Source of the DNA: an uncultured Ignavibacteriales bacterium
Lineage (GTDB): Bacteria; Zixibacteria; MSB-5A5; GN15; FEB-12
Length of the DNA: 58,463 bases
NCBI GenBank assembly: GCA_964464605.1
Contig: CAYXJN010000009.1
Location: 126,001 to 184,463 of the forward strand
Reading direction: 5' to 3'
This document shows, one piece after another, positions 56,715-58,463 of the stretch (the first letter of the stretch is position 1; each line of letters opens with the position of its first letter). The notes beneath the pieces are model-generated. The model searched no databases. It had not been told where the DNA came from and saw only the letters and a list, made by a program, of their open reading frames with translations. The position numbers were made by a program, and so were the translations under genes.

Positions 56715-58463
56715 CTATTTTGTCAGCACCATCTTTTTCGTTTGGCTGAAAGCCGGCGTTTCAAGTTTATAGAAATAGACGCCCGATGTTACCAGCTTGC
56801 CGGCATCATCACGTCCATTCCACTCGATCGTATGATCACCGGCGCCAAAGACATCATTGGCAAGCGTGGCGATCTTCTGACCGAGTACGTTGAACACACT
56901 TAACTGAACTTTCTCAGTCCGTTCCAAACTAAACGAAATCTTCGTGCTTGGGTTAAACGGATTCGGATAGTTCTGTGACAGCTTGTATGCCGACGGCAGC
57001 GTGTAATCGCTGGTTGAGAAGCGCATGCTGACATCAACCCGATCACCGCTCGCACTCCAGGTAATATCAGGATAGCTCCGCTGACCGTTGATAAGCACCT
57101 GCACAGTTTCACCATCACGTGGGTACTGCGCAGTTTCGACTGTTCCTTCCGCACCGTAGACCGGCGTGAATTTCAGAATCTGTCCGTTATAGACAGCCGA
57201 GCCGCAAACTACTCCCTGCCCCGAGACAAATTCAATAGTCGAACCGGCGGCAAGCGCCTGACCATCAAGCGTTAGATGTTTGCCGTAGGCAGAAACCCAG
57301 TTCCGCGAGATCGTAATATCACCGGTCGGGCGGGCGGCAATTGTTCCACCACCGTTGGTGTTAAAGCCGGGATACGCAAGGGAGACATCGCTGCCGGAGC
57401 GAATCCAGTAACCGTTTAGCACACTGAGTTCAGTCAGTGTATTAAAGCCACCCTGATCCGGCTGATAGACTAACCCTTCGCCGTTATAGCCGAGGGCAAC
57501 TTCAACGTCATCAATAATGGATGCAAAGCCGTCTTCAACCGAAAGCGTTTCTTTCGGCCAGTAGGCGACCAGGTTCCATCCCTGATGAACAGTGATATTG
57601 TCATTCGGATCGATTTCATCTCCGCAAACCTGAATATCGGTCGCGCAATTCATCTTGAACCAATAACCGAAATGATAATCGACCGTCCAGAGCGTCGAAT
57701 ATTCTGTCAACTGCGGATCGTAGGTGTACGCACCCTGATCGAAGCCGAGCACGACATCAACGCAGCCGGAGTTGGTTAAATCGGCGATAAAATCTTCGAT
57801 ATCGCTGGTCAATGCGACATTCCATGAGACAAGATTCCATCCTTCAGCCAAATGCAACGTCCGGCAAATCTTCGGCGCTTCACGTAAAAATTCGCAGAGC
57901 TGGTAGCTGTCACCGTTTTGCGTCCAGACTACCGATGATCCGGTAAAGACTGCCGCACCATTGACCCGGAAACTGATAACATCACCCGGTACGGCGCCTT
58001 CATCTTCACCGGAGAAATTGTCATCCCGGTAAATCGGCATAAATCCGAATTGTCCGTTCTCGCGTACCACATCCATGCCGCAAAGAACGCCATCCGGATC
58101 GTACGCGGTGATAACATCACCCGATTCAAGCGCGATGCTGTCGAGCATCGGGTTTGCGCAATAGACATTGATCCATTCCGGAGTCGGAATAATAACCTGA
58201 CCGCCGGAAACACAGACCATATGAGTAACGGATGATTCACCACAGGATGATGTCACGGTCAGAATAACTTCATAACAATCAGGAGCGGTAAAGGTGTGAC
58301 TTGGTGAAAACTCCGTGCTGGTAGTGCCATCATCGAAGTCCCAATGGTAGGTGACATCACCGCTTACTACCGAGCAATTATCGAACACCACAGTTAACGG
58401 TGCGACGCCGCTATCTGGCTCCGGAGTAAAGCACGCCTGCGGTGCGCTGCCGATGGTAACATT
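56715..58463 (-). CDS. Secreted PKD-domain protein with FlgD-Ig/T9SS-like C-terminal sorting domain (5'-truncated by window edge)
   Basis: Frame open to 58463; PKD YHWDFDDG..PSHTF; GWNLVS repeats; LSQNYPNPFNPST..FNVLGQ..WNGRD..SGVYFYKL..KKMVLTK. Confidence 0.85.
   Translation of the reverse strand, partial: NVTIGSAPQACFTPEPDSGVAPLTVVFDNCSVVSGDVTYHWDFDDGTTSTEFSPSHTFTAPDCYEVILTVTSSCGESSVTHMVCVSGGQVIIPTPEWINVYCANPMLDSIALESGDVITAYDPDGVLCGMDVVRENGQFGFMPIYRDDNFSGEDEGAVPGDVISFRVNGAAVFTGSSVVWTQNGDSYQLCEFLREAPKICRTLHLAEGWNLVSWNVALTSDIEDFIADLTNSGCVDVVLGFDQGAYTYDPQLTEYSTLWTVDYHFGYWFKMNCATDIQVCGDEIDPNDNITVHQGWNLVAYWPKETLSVEDGFASIIDDVEVALGYNGEGLVYQPDQGGFNTLTELSVLNGYWIRSGSDVSLAYPGFNTNGGGTIAARPTGDITISRNWVSAYGKHLTLDGQALAAGSTIEFVSGQGVVCGSAVYNGQILKFTPVYGAEGTVETAQYPRDGETVQVLINGQRSYPDITWSASGDRVDVSMRFSTSDYTLPSAYKLSQNYPNPFNPSTKISFSLERTEKVQLSVFNVLGQKIATLANDVFGAGDHTIEWNGRDDAGKLVTSGVYFYKLETPAFSQTKKMVLTK

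Noticed and set aside
1..58463. CRISPR array, cas genes, reverse transcriptase, rRNA
   Set aside because: No regularly spaced direct repeats, and no ORF with recognisable Cas or RT motifs; no room for rRNA.

Overview
Bacterial chromosomal segment from a diderm. PorV/UPF0164-type barrel, FlgD-Ig/T9SS-like C-terminal domains and gene order suggest an FCB-associated lineage such as candidate Zixibacteria; this is inference and was not searched. Core genes: dnaX (5'-partial)-ybaB-recR, pyrE-acpS, nrdJ, pyk, gap-pgk-tpiA-secG-tRNA-Leu(GAG), holA-ECF sigma/anti-sigma-pspC-liaF-like, cmk-plsC-rpsA. Accessory parts: (i) a TonB-dependent receptor / secreted CTD protein / PorV-like / HExxH peptidase operon divergent from an SBP-histidine kinase-response regulator cluster; (ii) an intergenic patch at 18.8-19.2 kb with REP-like palindromes and a ~183-nt highly structured putative ncRNA (6S-like); (iii) an ~10-kb island after tRNA-Leu. 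The island holds an AT-rich GHKL(MORC-like) ATPase + partner pair and a translationally coupled operon of four signal-peptide-bearing, tailspike/tail-fibre-like proteins rich in Asp-Ser/Thr motifs plus an M15A peptidoglycan peptidase, behind a structured leader with a premature terminator. dnaX carries an A9 run followed by stops in both shifted frames, as in Thermus gamma-subunit slippage. No CRISPR array, rRNA, integrase or transposase seen. All counts and pairings were made by eye.
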